From contig CM082576.2 in assembly GCA_040954595.2 (NCBI GenBank), positions 6,947,129-7,011,128 on the forward strand: 64,000 nt of DNA, given 5' to 3'. Within the stretch, counting starts at the first letter, position 1; every line of letters begins with the position of its first letter. This DNA comes from Balanoglossus misakiensis (Eukaryota > Animalia > Hemichordata). Positions 43,847-57,500 of this stretch are shown piece by piece. The notes below the pieces were generated by a model that had not been told where the DNA came from, made no database searches, and was given only the letters and a program-made list of their open reading frames with translations. The position numbers were made by a program, and so were the translations under genes.

Positions 43847-46712
43847 TCAAAGTTTACTTGATTTTATAGACCCCAAACAACGACTGAAGAGTTTGAGTGT
43901 CTGTTTCCAACTCTCTTGTTGGGCATTGGCGTGTGGCTTTGCTCTTCCTCCCCATAATAAATAAAAGCCTGTGTATAAATGAAGGACAGGTATACAAACG
44001 CCTGCATTAGTGACACTGCAGTTTGAACATTACACAGTGATGTAGTTATAAGGTAACCAAAAGAATCGACTCATGTCTATCCCCCAAAAATGGATGTACA
44101 TGTATTTTGTCAAGAAAAACTCTTGCTGCATAGAGGCTATACTGTTTGAGATGAAAATTTTCATAGTACTTACCTAAGCTATGATAGGATACATCACAGA
44201 ATGGCGTGTATGCTGGCTCAATCAGGTGGCCTGCTTCAGGATAGATAAGTGTTTTAAAGTTCGTCTTGTTGAGGGCTTTTAGTCGTTTTACGGCTTCTTC
44301 TGCATAGAATTCACTTTTCCAGTTTTGGTCATCCCCACCTGCCACAAGCAGGAGCTCTGCCTTTAAATTTTCAAACTGAACAAAACATGATAAGAATTAA
44401 TTAGTTAAAGGTATACGGTCACCTCCAATTTACATATCGCCATATATAGTTGAAATGGCGTATTTGAGTGTTCTAAAGAACGCTTTATTTTCGCGTGTGC
44501 CACCCACTGAAAATCTGTGATTGGTTAGATCTCGATTTACCACGGTAACTGTGGCTAAATTTGTATAGGTGACCGTATACCTTTAATGGTCAGATCATCA
44601 ATCTTTTATGGGATGATTTCACTTACTGCCAATACACTATTCTACAAGATATCCATTTTGAGAACCAAGATTAAGTGTTCTGCTTTAGTATATGCTCTTG
44701 ATTTGCAAGTCTGTACAACGAGCATCACCTTGATTATATCCTTACTAGGTCAATATTCACTTACTTTGAAAACAGAGTCTTCTTCCGGGTCCGCTACCAA
44801 TTCCAGGCATGAAGCATTTCTATCCTCCATAAAAATCATCCTCTTATAATCGTAACTTTAAGAAACAGTATTGAAAACATAATAATTCTATTTATGGAAC
44901 TTGATTTTGTTGAGAACAAATATCTTCTGTTTGCTATTGTATATGTTTAACCCAAGACATTATCGTATTGTTAAATTGCAGAATTAAAAGGAACGTGTCT
45001 GTAAGAACCAGATAGCCATGTAAATTAGACACCACAGTGTTGTGACTTACTCTGTGAAGGGTAGCATCTTGCCTCTGAAAGCCATGGAACTGTAGGTGTG
45101 CATATGAGCCCCATTCAGGCTGACCACTGCTTTCACCTTGAATAGCCAGGATGAGAAACGAGGAAATAGAAAAATAAAGATGAGTGTAATGGCATTCATG
45201 ATTTTAAAAGGATCAAGATGCAGTGAAAATGGTTTCATTATTATGGTGAATAGAGATTTGGCCTGACTGAAGAAAGCAACTGAAATGAATTTTTCCCGGT
45301 AACTTGTTTACCTTGTCTGGAAAATATATCGCCATGGCAATTGCTAGTTCTCCACCTTTGGACAAACCTATCGTCCCTACCCCTCCTAGTTTGATGAAGT
45401 CACGGCTCATGAACCAGTTCAACGATTCCTTGGTGAGACAGACAGACAAACAAACAAATAAAAAACCCAATCAAATGAAGATCATGTCATACAAGTATTT
45501 TAAGTAGATAAGGCCTGTCTTGTCATACCCACAGAAAAAATCGTCATTTTTACTTACTTCAAAATAATCAAAGTCAACCTTCAAGAATTTCTTCGGTAGA
45601 TCGTCATATCCACAAAATGCCAATGCAAACACAGCATAGCCATGGTTGGCAAGCAATGCTGCTCTCATCTCTATCAATCCACCAGCAGTGCCGTAAAGGT
45701 CTATTATGCCTGGATATGGACCATTGCCTTTATAGAATATAGCAGGGAAATATCTGTACATTGTAAATCACTTTCGGGATTATGAAATGGCTTAACATTA
45801 TCCATCAAACAGGCTTATCACCAAGTCATATACATGTATCTTCCATTATCTCGAGGATCAGAGTTACCATAGAAACAGTTTTACACCCATTTAATTATAC
45901 TCCTCTTTGATATTTGCAGTTTTCTGGCATAAAATTCATATGAATCTTATAAAATGTACCGTGGGGAGTAACCCTCCGAATAACGGAAGAATGTCAGCAT
46001 TGCGACTTCATTTATATTCTTTGAGACATTTCAGTGACAATCTTGATTTCATAACCTTAAACCAAGATGGGAGATGAAGACGTTGTATCTTGCCTTTTGG
46101 TTTAAACAGTGTACCCCTAACTCTTCCTTCCTTCACTGGTATCCTTTCCATATTCTTTGCCATGTAATGGCGTTCGATCATTGTTGTACAAACTGGCGAA
46201 ACTGTTTGGAACTCCTCTACGTCCAAGTGACCAGGATAGACAGAAAATTCCATGACGGACGGAGTTGTTACGTCATTCTTTGTGAATAGTAGGCCTTTTC
46301 GTTGACCTGGTGATTGAGTCTTGCTCCAAAATAAACCCATTGGTTCTATTCCTGTATTGCAAGAAATAATGTTGGGGTTCATAACTTTGCCTTTATAGAT
46401 TAGCTGCCGTTGCACACGTCTCGAAACATATGTGCATGATGGTACAAGCGTTTTCCTCACAAAATTGTTCTGTCTCGCTTACCTTGATACGATCCCCCGA
46501 TGGATGGTTGCTTGGCAACATCCACCTTTCCATCTCTTGTGGTAGTGTAATGGGCACGAGCTTCAAAATATTGCTTTTTGTCGTTTTCCACCACTGCCCT
46601 TATAGTAACAGGTATGGAAGGGGGGAGATGAGCTGCAGAAATAGAAACTGTCTCATCTGCCAGAGTTATTCTCGGTCTCACTTCTAACAGTGGATTCATT
46701 GTGCTCAATTTT
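43847..46712 (-). CDS. Type I acyl-CoA thioesterase / BAAT-family protein, copy A, C-terminal SKL; first exon not located, in-exon ATG at 46699
   Basis: [37 protein letters not shown] (Ser nucleophile), GGDDQNW (Asp), [10 protein letters not shown] (His), WGGRAKPHA...SKL*. Confidence 0.9.
44409..44582. mobile_element. 174-bp non-autonomous DNA transposon (MITE) with TTAA TSD and 16-bp TIR, Kolobok-like termini
   Basis: TTAA-AGGTATACGGTCACCT...AGGTGACCGTATACCT-TTAA. Absent at the paralogous intron position in copy B (~48198). Confidence 0.88.
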
Positions 46713-47584
46713 CTTCAAAAAAGATTAACGTGGCATCAGCATAAAAACAGTACTGGGAAATAGGTGAATCAGCGTTCATCTATCCCGTGGTTTTCACAGA
46801 GTACAGTATTACAGACAGTGCAGTGGTCACTCATCTGTGCCATGCACTTTGATCTTTGGACTGGAGCTGAGTCTGACATTAGTTCAGGTCAATGCAAAGG
46901 CCTTTTCTAGAATGGCATAGTGATGTTTATATGTACATGTACATCATCTACGGTACTCAGCTCCACATTGAATTTTGGAGGGAAAGTTCATGACAGGCGT
47001 TCTTGCTATTAAAACATGGCAAATCGTTTAGGTGTCACTATGGGCTTAATTTGGGTCAGTGGTCCAGAAGTGGTAATTCTTGATTGCATCTCCTTTGGGG
47101 ACAGTCAGTTCAGCTATTGCAAGGGTTCACACAGGAAAAATACAGCCACCAACCAACCAGTCAGTCAGTCAGATATATTAAATACTCCCATTGTGAATAA
47201 CAATCATACATACATTACACTGCTGATATACAAATCACAGTGAGTTACATTCAATGCAGACAATTTCGACCAACAGCATGCTGTTACAACTGTTTTAAAT
47301 TTTATTCCAGAAACTGTTGTCAAACATCTGCCATGGAGTTGTTTGTATTAGTTACAACATTAAGTATACACCAGAGAACAAAATCAAATTTACACTTCAT
47401 TTCAGAAGCATCTGTGAAGACTTCAATGATCAATCACTCCCATATCAGGTTCTAATAGCAATAGAAAAATATATAACTACACAAAGTTTAAAAAAATTAC
47501 CACGCCAGCAATTATATCAGTTTTGAACTAATATTGGATAAACTGTAATTGCTCTTTTAAAAAACAAGACAACAGTCAACAGTA

Positions 47585-50500
47585 TCAGAGTTTACTCAGA
47601 TGTCTTTGATTTCGAGACCCAAAACAACGACTGAAGAGTTTGAGCGTCTCTTTCCAACTTTCTTGTTGGGCATCGGCGTGAGGCTTTGCTCTTCCTCCCC
47701 ATAATAAATTAACGCCTGTAAGACAGGAACAAGTACATGCATCAGTGGCACTACAGATGTAGTTTTTGAAAAGTTTGCTTTTTATGAGGTGAAGCCAGCA
47801 GTACATGTGCTCCATCTATGAATCGTCAAACGCCAAATTTCCTGGTTCAGCACTTCTTGAAAACTGAACCGTGCATATCAAATTAACACTTGTTGGAATG
47901 TTCGTGATCCAAGATGTGGTCTCATCAATGCTGCTTGAAGAGCAAAATGAAAAAAAAAAATTCTTACCAAGCGAATGATAAGATTTGTTACTATATGGAG
48001 TAAACGCCTGCTCTATCAGGTGGCCTGCTTCAGGATAGATAAGTATTTTAAAGTTCGTCTTGTTGAGGGCTTTTAGTCGTTTTACGGCTTCTTCTGCATA
48101 GAATTGACTTTTCCAGTTTTGGTCATCCCCACCTGCCACAAGCAGGAGCTCTGCCTCTAAATTTTCAAACTGAACGAACATGACAAGAATGAATTAGTTG
48201 ATGGTCAGATCATCAATCTTTTATAGGATGCTTTCATTTCCTGCCAATACATTATTTTACAAGCTATCTGTTCTGATAATCAGGATGAGTGGCCTACTTT
48301 AGTGTATGTTGTTGATTTGCAAGACATCTCTCTGTACAACGTGTATCACCTTGATTAATATATCCTTTTGTTTGCATCACCCATGAATCCCATTTCATGC
48401 TCGATCATCTTCCTGCAATTGTAAAACTGCTTTGAAAAACTTTCTTGACTTGGTAACTCATTAAAGACATCACATATTTGAATATGTCTACACACTGAAT
48501 ATTTCTGCTGGATCATAATGTCTCTTATCACTTACTTTAAAAACAGAGTCTTCTTCCGGATCCGATACCAATTCCAGGCATGAAACACTCCCATCCTCCA
48601 AAAAAATCATCCTTCCAGAATCATAGCTTCAAGAAACAATATTGGATACATAATTATTCTTTGAAGCTGCATTTTGTTGTGAACAAGACTATTTTATTTG
48701 CTACGTGTTCAACCCACAACCTCATCATTAATATATAATAAAAAGGAAATGGTCCAACATGGCGATCACTGCACTACAGTGTTGTGACTTACTCTGTGAA
48801 GGGTAGCATCTTGCCTCTGAAAGCCATGGAACTGTAGGTGTGCATATGAGCCCCATTCAGGCTGACCACTGCTTTTACCTTGAATTGAGAGGAGAAACAT
48901 GGAAATAGAAAAATAAAGATGAGTGTAATGGCATTCATGATTTTAAAAGGATCAAGATGCAGTGAAAATGGTTTCATTGATGGTGAATAGAGATTTGGCC
49001 TGACTGAAGAAAGCAACTGAAATGAATTTTTCCCGGTAACTCGTTTACCTTGTCTGGAAAATATATCGCCATGGCAATTGCTAGTTCTCCACCTTTAGAC
49101 AAACCTATCGTCCCTATCCCTCCTGGTTTTATGAAGTCAAGACTCGTGAACCAGTCCAACGATTCCTTGGTGAGCCAAACAAACAAAGAACATGTAAGTT
49201 TAATGTCACCTACGATCATTTACATAAATCAATCAATCTATATTGAAAAATTATTTCAGAACATATCTTGTGTTGTTTTCCTTGTCACATACACACCAAA
49301 AACATTGTTTTCTCTTACTTCAAAATAATCAAAGTCAATTTCCATAAAGGTACTTGGTAGATCGTCATATCCACAATATGCCAATGCCAACACAGCATAG
49401 CCATGGTTGGCAAGCAATGCTGCTCTCATCTCCATCAATCCACCAGCAGTGCCATAAATGTCGATTATACCTGGATATGGACCGTTGCCTAGTATTTGGT
49501 ATGAAACAAGAGAAAGGTTTGGATGAATTAATCTCTACCAAACGCCTGCATGTGACACTGACATTAATATAAATCCAACAGAAAAACAAAATTGTAATGA
49601 CAAGTATGTATGTGTCATGATTTTTCAGGACTTTCAGGATATGAGGGGACAGGTTGTCAAGAGCAGAAATAGATTCAAGTTATGAGTAAAATCTGAGATA
49701 TTTGGATAAAAATCTTGATTTCATGACCTTAAACCAAGATGGGAGATATTAAGACGTTGTTTCTTGCCTTTTGGTATAAACAGTGTACCCCTAACTCTTC
49801 CTTCCTTCACTGGTATCCTCTCCATATTCTTTGCCATGTAATGGCGTTCAATCATTGTTGTACAAACTGGCGACACTGTCTGGAACTGCTCTACGTCCAA
49901 GTGACCAGGATAGACAGAAAATTCCATGATGGCCGGTGTTGTTACGTCATTCTTGGCCAATCGCAGGCCTGTGCGTTGACCTGGTGACTGAGTCTTGCTC
50001 CAAAATAAACCCATTGGTTCTATTCCTGTATTGATAAACAGCACATAAAAAGTTCACGCTCAATGCAGACTTTGACAGTTGGATAAACACTAACAGGTAG
50101 AATGACCCACACTTTTGATGACATGTTTTGTTCTATAAGCCATCTTTACTGAACAGATCAGTCACAATATCCAGCTCAGTGCACTGAAAATACTGGCATT
50201 TTTATTTTTCAACGGAACTTGAAACATTTCACCTGCATGTCTTACCTTGATATGACCCTCCAACGGATGGTTGCTTGGCAACATCCACTTGTCCATCTCT
50301 TGTGGTTGTGTAATGGGCACGAGCTTCAAAATATTGCTTTTTGTCATTTTCCACCACCGCCCTTATAGTAACAGGTATGGAAGGTGGTAGATGCGATGCA
50401 GAAATAGAAACTGTCTCATCTGCCAGAGTTATTCTTGGTCTCACTTCTAACAGTGGATTCATAGAACTGAATTTTCTGAAAAAAAGGAAGAAAGAGGATA

Positions 50501-50625
50501 TAAAACCAAAATATATTCAGCCCCCCTCAATTTCAAGACCCCACTACCCATTTTGTGAATGCACAGCCTTACTCTTGTTAAAGTCATGATCATATAACTC
50601 ACCGTAAAAAACGGATGGTGCTCAT
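47585..50625 (-). CDS. Type I acyl-CoA thioesterase / BAAT-family protein, copy B, C-terminal SKL; short first exon 50625-50603
   Basis: Same motifs and exon layout as copy A; ends RHLSKL*. The first exon gives MSTIRFLR|KFSSMNPLL in phase. Confidence 0.9.
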
Positions 50626-50750
50626 ATCTCATGTACCAGGCCGTAGCTGAAGTTCATATACCCGGTGATTGGATTACATGAACTTTGGACAACAGTGTGG
50701 ACTTCTCCCTACACAATGGTCGATCAGATTAGACTCTGGGACTCCTACCT

Positions 50751-51050
50751 GGGTCAAAGGTCAAAGTTCGTTTATCTGAGCTGGGGGATTGGGGTTTGTT
50801 TTGGTGGGATCCCGGACAAGCTGAGAGAGACGTTGAGCAGTTTTCAATATAGTTTATTTCTAATTTGCACATATTATATATCAAAGAGATCTGATTCATC
50901 TTCTGATGGTTAGCTGAATTGAATGGCACTTACAGAACATAGCGGTCTTTCAAAATTTATCTATGTCCCCCGCAAAATAAAATGGTTCTTTCCACCCATC
51001 ATCAAGCAGAGAGGTAGTTCCCCGTGACGTCATGGGTGGGTCAAAGGACA
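50751..51050. promoter_or_regulatory. DR1 nuclear-receptor elements in the divergent ACOT/THUMPD2 promoter
   Basis: GGGTCA-A-AGGTCA-A-AGTTCG (50751-50770) and GGGTCA-A-AGGACA (51038-51050); TGACGTCA at ~51025. Confidence 0.55.
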
Positions 51051-51155
51051 TGTGACCTGACAAGGGATTCCACCATCGCGCACAGCTAGCACCGAGCCTA
51101 TCCGAGCCAAAGACGGACCACCAGCTCTTTCGAAACGCCTCCAAATCGTAACACA

Positions 51156-54100
51156 ATGATTTCGTACTTTGCTACAACCGGTCGAGGGCTAGAAAAGTTT
51201 CTGGCTGATGAAATCAGAGAAAAGTGTCATGCTGAAGATGTGAGTACTGCGTGTTTTAGCTCAATTATATGTTAGCATGATGACAATACTGCAACATGTG
51301 CGCAGTCTTGAATGCACACAACCGTCCGTCCAGTTGTTTAAATTCCACCGCATGATGTTTCCAAGCAACAACTGATCACAATTGTTTTAATCACTGTCTA
51401 TTTTTCAGATGAAGTGTATCGATGGTAAAGTTTTCTTTTCATCAGCTGCCGGTGTGGATCTTAAGTTACTGAAGTCTGCAGAGCGATTGATGATATGTAT
51501 TGATTTCAGACCCAAAGTGAGGTTTCCATATGCAAAAGGTAAACTTTCTACTGATATTACAGCATTAGGAATTCATGTTTTTCAATACATTGCTTTACAG
51601 TGATGACATCTGACTGTGGTAGGACAGTTTAATACCCCTGGATACTTGCCCCTATGGTTGAGAATTTCTGAGTGGTAAAATATGTAACTGTCCTAAGTGA
51701 TATCACCTTTGACTTTGTTTTCTCCTCAGGGAAGAGCAGGAAATTGATCAGAAAAATTACTGAAGAAATAACTACGTGGGAAAAGGGTCTGAAAGAATGG
51801 AGAAAATTCCAAGTAACGGAGGAAAAGGAAGTTTTGACCGAGAGCTGCGCGGTGACTAACACGAAAACCACTGAAACTGAACGTGGTGGAACTTTGCAGA
51901 AAGATGGAGAAGATACTGACCTCGGGTCATTCGAGAACCCCAAGGGTGATGTGTGGACTTGTGACTGGAAATCTATGGACGATAGTTCATCATGCAACAA
52001 TGTAGAGGGCGATAATGAATCACATGGTAGTCCAAAACATGGCACCATGTCATGTGACAATCCAGGGGGTGACGCGACATCATGTCAGGCAACGTCAAGT
52101 GGACCACCGGCTGTGAAGAAAATGAAAATGGACATTTCAGACAAAGATAATGTTGGTGACAGTATTACGACAGCAGAAAGCAAAAGTCAGCTATGCGAAA
52201 ATACCCAAGATAATGAAGCAGACTCTGCAGCCTCATCAAGTCAGGAGAGTGAAGCTGAGAAAATAAAATTTAGGATTTCTTGCAAATGCACTGGGAAGCT
52301 CAAAAATTATCATTCACCACAGGTATGCAGTGATATTTTTTTGTCATGCCAAATACAAAACATGTTAAAATATTAAAGTACAATTACCTTGGAATGCCTG
52401 CTCTTTGTCGTAATGTGAATGAGAGATTTTTTTATCAGGGGTTGCATCAATGCAGATTTTGGATCAAGCCTTGTGAGATTGCATCCTGCTTTCCAAATAT
52501 ATTTACATATTTATATCAATTTCAGGAGTTTGCTGTCAACATGGGCACTTCATTGGCCCAAACGTATGGATGGAGGATAGAGTTGCGAAAACCTCAACTG
52601 GAGGTAGGTGAAACTTTCCATGTGTGTTCATCCAACTTCTCCATCAAAAGCAATTGAGATGGGCTGCCTTCAAACAGGATAAGAGTAGGATATGTTCACA
52701 CATCTGTGTTTAAATTCACATCCATTTGTAGGTGTCGGTACATGTCAGTGACGAGTACTTCCTCATTGGTTTACCTGTCACGGCCGAGCCACTGTCCAAG
52801 AGGGACTACATCAAGAAGATTGGAATCAGATCGACCATCGCTTGGAGCATGTGTAACTTGGCAAACATCAAGGAGGGCGATGTACTGCTTGACCCCATGT
52901 GTGGCACAGGAACTGTCCTTTTGGAAGCCGCAAAATCTTGGATGGTATATTTCATTCAGTTTCATAATGTTTTACTGTGTTTTGCTGTGTGTCTGCCAAT
53001 TATTGACAATACAATACAATACAATACAATACAATACAATACAATACAATACAATACAATACAATACAATACAATACAATACAATACAATACAATACAAT
53101 ACAATACAATAAAATGGATCTTTATTATTGATATGGGCAATACTTAGCAAATCTTCTCGAAGGAAAACAGAATACACATGTACTAAAAGGTTGAATGATA
53201 GAACCCGTGAAGTTTGATGTTATAATTATGTATCTTTGTCTCAAGATTTCCTTTCATCTTCATTTTAGGGCATAAAATGTGTCGGCAGTGACAACCATTT
53301 CGGCCAGTTGAAACTTGCCAAGGTAAACGTACAGCATGCCATGATGGAAGGAAATATACAGCTGCTCCATGCGGATGTGAAAAGTATGTCATTGCCAGAA
53401 TATTATTTCATTGAATATTCACCACCGCCACCATGCATTATCATCATTTGCTTAATAAATAATAAACACATTTTTTGGCATGTCCAGCAGATGCATCCGT
53501 CTCATGTGTAGATCTTTCATGAGAAGTGTGCTGGTTAAGAATAGTTTCCATGTAAGAGTGCATGAAAAGAGATATAATTAGTTCATCCATAATAGTCACC
53601 AACCAAGTGATGCTTTATGAGATTTTACCATCAGATCTTTCGCCGAGTCTCATGGCTTTACGTTAATTCTTTCTTGTTCAGATTTGCCACTGAAGGACAA
53701 GAGCATTGACTGTGTTGTGAGTGACATTCCGTTCGGTCTCAACCACAGCACTGTGGAAGATGTGCGAATACTCTACCCAGCCATGCAGAAAGAATTGAGT
53801 AGGTTAGTATATAGTGGGGAACTTCCAATTCATTGTGAATGGAAATTTGGAATGTAATTGACAAATAACAATAGTTACCCATACATTCCACCAGAGTTCA
53901 TTTTCTGAAATGTACATGACTACCAGGCAGGTGGTTTTTACTAACTTCTGGATCTTACCTGAACAACTGTCCTTGGTATGTCGTAATAATCCGTTATATT
54001 TCATATATTTGTCTTCCAGAGTTACAAAGCCAGGAGGACGAGCTGTTCTTCTCACAAGTGGCAGCATGGTGGATTGTTTAGTTGAGGAAATGACAGGTCT

Positions 54101-54263
54101 TAAGTCGAGAATTGTACAAGTACATAATACTCAAACAGAGAAAGGCAATCCAGTTGCCACTGTGGCATCAGAAGAAGTGTCCAACTGGATCAAGCTTGAC
54201 ACACATTACCTGAAAATTGCCCTTATACATGCATACATTTGTGTTTTCCAAAGGAAGGATTAG
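51156..54263 (+). CDS. THUMPD2: THUMP domain-containing protein 2 (RNA m2G methyltransferase); exons 51156-51239, 51409-51538, 51730-52322, 52526-52603, 52732-52944, 53269-53383, 53682-53802, 54020-54263
   Basis: YFATTGRGLEKF, GKVFF, LKSAERL, FRISCKCTG, GIRSTIAWSM, LDPMCGTGTVLLEAA, VVSDIPFG. All eight exons join in phase. Confidence 0.9.
53007..53110. repeat. (ACAAT)n pentanucleotide microsatellite in a THUMPD2 intron
   Basis: Seen directly. Confidence 0.97.
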
Positions 54264-54527
54264 AAACTAGAACAACTTGACACATGTATCAGCACTTAAT
54301 TTTCACTGCCTTATTGAAAAAGAATAAAATCAATGTCTATTTTCTACATGAATGTCACTGTCTTTTCTTCATTTTATTATACATGTATATTGTACATGAT
54401 TCAGACCTCTCGGGTGAGTGACCGTGACTGACCTTGTGAAGTACGCCCTCACTTGGGGATTGCCTGTTGCACTGACCTGACCTGACCTGACCTGACGATC
54501 GAGCTGCTGCAGACAGCTGAGCCAGAG

Positions 54528-57500
54528 ATGGCTGCGAAAGGCAAAGCCGTGCATCGTTCGGGGCCAACCAGTCTCTCACGATGTTTAGATGGAGAACACT
54601 GGGAAGTTAAAGAGAGACTAAGAAACTACATTGGCGAAAACGAGCTATTCAATCTAAGGTGAGATCCGTTCGAGAATGTCCCGGAGTAGTGATTGGACTG
54701 GAACCATCACGGGGTCACCGAACTTTGTAAACTTCGGGCTTGTGCAATGGTCATAGGTCTTGTGGTATCGGTCCTCTTCAGACCCATGTCTTGCCTTAAT
54801 ATTTGGGAACAAAAACTTTACATGGTCAATGGAACACTTGGAAAGAACAAAATATCACAATATACCATCTCTAAAATTCAGATGATGGCATCAGAATCTA
54901 GATTGTGTTATTGTAATTAGTTTAAAATCAACATTCCCCACTTTTTTTCTCACATCACAATGTCTATGTAAAGCAGATGTCCAGTTTCATTGCAATAGGG
55001 AATACATGTGATAGTATTGATTGGAATTTCCCAAAAGATTTTGTGCCACATCATTTTAAACAATCATACCCATTCCCAATCCTCTTTTGCAGGTTTGATC
55101 TACCATTGTCAGCATACAGAGAAATCACTTTGCAGAGGGCAAAATGTCTGCTGAAATTTCCTGACGTACAAAAGCAGTTTGATGATCAGGTGGGTTTCGT
55201 GTTGCAGGAATTTAGCTGTCAGTAATTAAAGTAATTCAAAATGTTGTTTATCTGTGCTGTCTACTTGTAAATATTGTTGTAACATTTTGGACTTGTGCAT
55301 TATTTTGGTGACGAAATGTTTATGACTTCATTGCAGGAAAAGTATGACTGTTTGTGGGTTATCAATGGAAACGTGGACTTCGGATAGTCATTAGCATTGT
55401 TTTTGTTTTTTTTTAATTATTCAATACTAATTTTAGATGTGATCTGCAGATAAAGAAGTTATTTAAAACCGTTCTTCCTATGTACTCCCACAGAGGCATT
55501 TCAGATCAGGTGTGATAAATAAGAACCTAGCAATGACAGAGGCTGCTGCATCCAATGATGCCTGTGTGTCCGTCAAGGTATAGTCTAGTTCCCACTGCAT
55601 GCACTCCAAATACATGTGATGATTGCAGAGTGTATACTGTGGTGTAATGTGTAGTCTTTGTCGTGTCTGTAGTTCTTTTTATTTCTTTTTTATTTCATTT
55701 TCTGCATGCTTTCTTGTGTGGTGTACGGTAGGTGGGTCATAGGAATGGGTACATGAACAAGAATTTGGCCGTCTCAGAAGTTGGTTCGGCAACTGATCTG
55801 TCTGTCGGAGTCAAGGTAGGTCAAGTGTGTGTGCTGGACGTAGCAAAGTCCATCTTTTACAGAACACTAGCCTGATATTCCACAGGTGGACTCTGCATTG
55901 CAGTGGATCCTATCACTGTTCACTGTTGTAGCTCTAGGAAATGTTGGATGAAACATTCTTCACTTTTTGTCAATGCCTGGTTGTGTAATTTGATGGCATG
56001 TTTAATAACAATCTTTAATTTTCTTTATTCCTTTGGGACATGACAGACTATTCTGTTGTCTGGTAGAGCTTTTAGTCAGGGTATGTTTAACTCCATCACT
56101 ACATCAGAGAAGTTGTATGTTCTGTGGCTGTCCGGTTCAACTGATCATATTAACCTATTCTGTGTTTTAGATGGGCGTGATGGCATGGTTATTCGGTGGT
56201 GCAATAATCAACCTGGGTACAGAAAGGCACATTGAACAGTTTTTCCTCCCTTTGCAGGTAGTTTGTTATGATACTATTACTATAGATAAATGTAATGTTC
56301 TATGAAGTGCCAAGATGTACATCCATTTATTTTGCAATATGATCCAATGTGGCCACCTGAATGAGAACGTCCAAAGGTGTATTGGTGTAATGATCAAGGA
56401 TGACCTGATTGTGGTCTGTGATGATATGGTGATGAAAATTAAATTATAGCCTTGACTTTCTCCCTGATCACAGGAATTGAAGTTCACCGGTATGTTTGCT
56501 ATGAGTGAAAGAGGTCATGGAAGTAATGTGAGACAGATACAGACAGAAGCTCATTATGATCCAATGACACAGGAGTTTGTGATCAACACCCCTTGTGAAG
56601 ACGCCCAGAAAATTTACATCGGCAACGCGCTGCTGGGGAACTATGCCTGTGTGTTTGCACAGCTCATACTGGATGGCAAGACCAAAGGGCCACATGCGTT
56701 CATTGTACCAATCAGGGATGAGAGTGGGATGAATCCAGGCATCACTGTCACTGACATGGGCCTGAAGGAAGGTGAGTACTCTCAGAGTACAGACCATTCT
56801 TTTTTTGCGTGCAGGTAAAATATTTTTTGAACCCAACAGGAACTTATGAGAAATAGCCTTTGGGTACTCAGTATGGACAGAATGCGGAGTGCAACAGCTT
56901 GAATTGTTACAAATACTACATGGAATGTATTTAATAATATTCTGAATTTCATTGATTTTGTCGCTAGTGGGCGCTAAGTCCGACTAGACTCTTCATTTAA
57001 CTCGTAGAGGGCGCTTTAGTCAACTTGCTGTATGTGGACTTTTCCAAGCTGGACACAGACAGGAATGAAACTGTTATTTGACATAAAAGAAAACAGTCTG
57101 GTTTCTGTTGCTTTCTCTCTAAACTTAATAACATTACAGGCCTGACAGTGGGACTTTGTTAAATGAAAAGCATCTGAATCTGTGTGTAGTCATGTAATTA
57201 AGTTAACTAGTCATTCAAATAAAATACACACATTGAACTAGTGTAACAAATTTGTTCATTCCAGGTTTAAATGGTGTTGACAATGGCATGCTCTCTTTTG
57301 ATCACATACGCATACCCCGCAGCAATCTTCTAAACCGCTACGCCGATGTCAGCCCCACCGGGACATACACAACATCCATAAAAAGCAATGGGAAACGTTT
57401 CAATGCAATGTTGGCAGCCATGACTGGTACCAGGCTGGCACTAGCATTCCAAGCCACTACATCCATGAAGGTGGGGGTGATGTACAGTAATTAATTGCAG

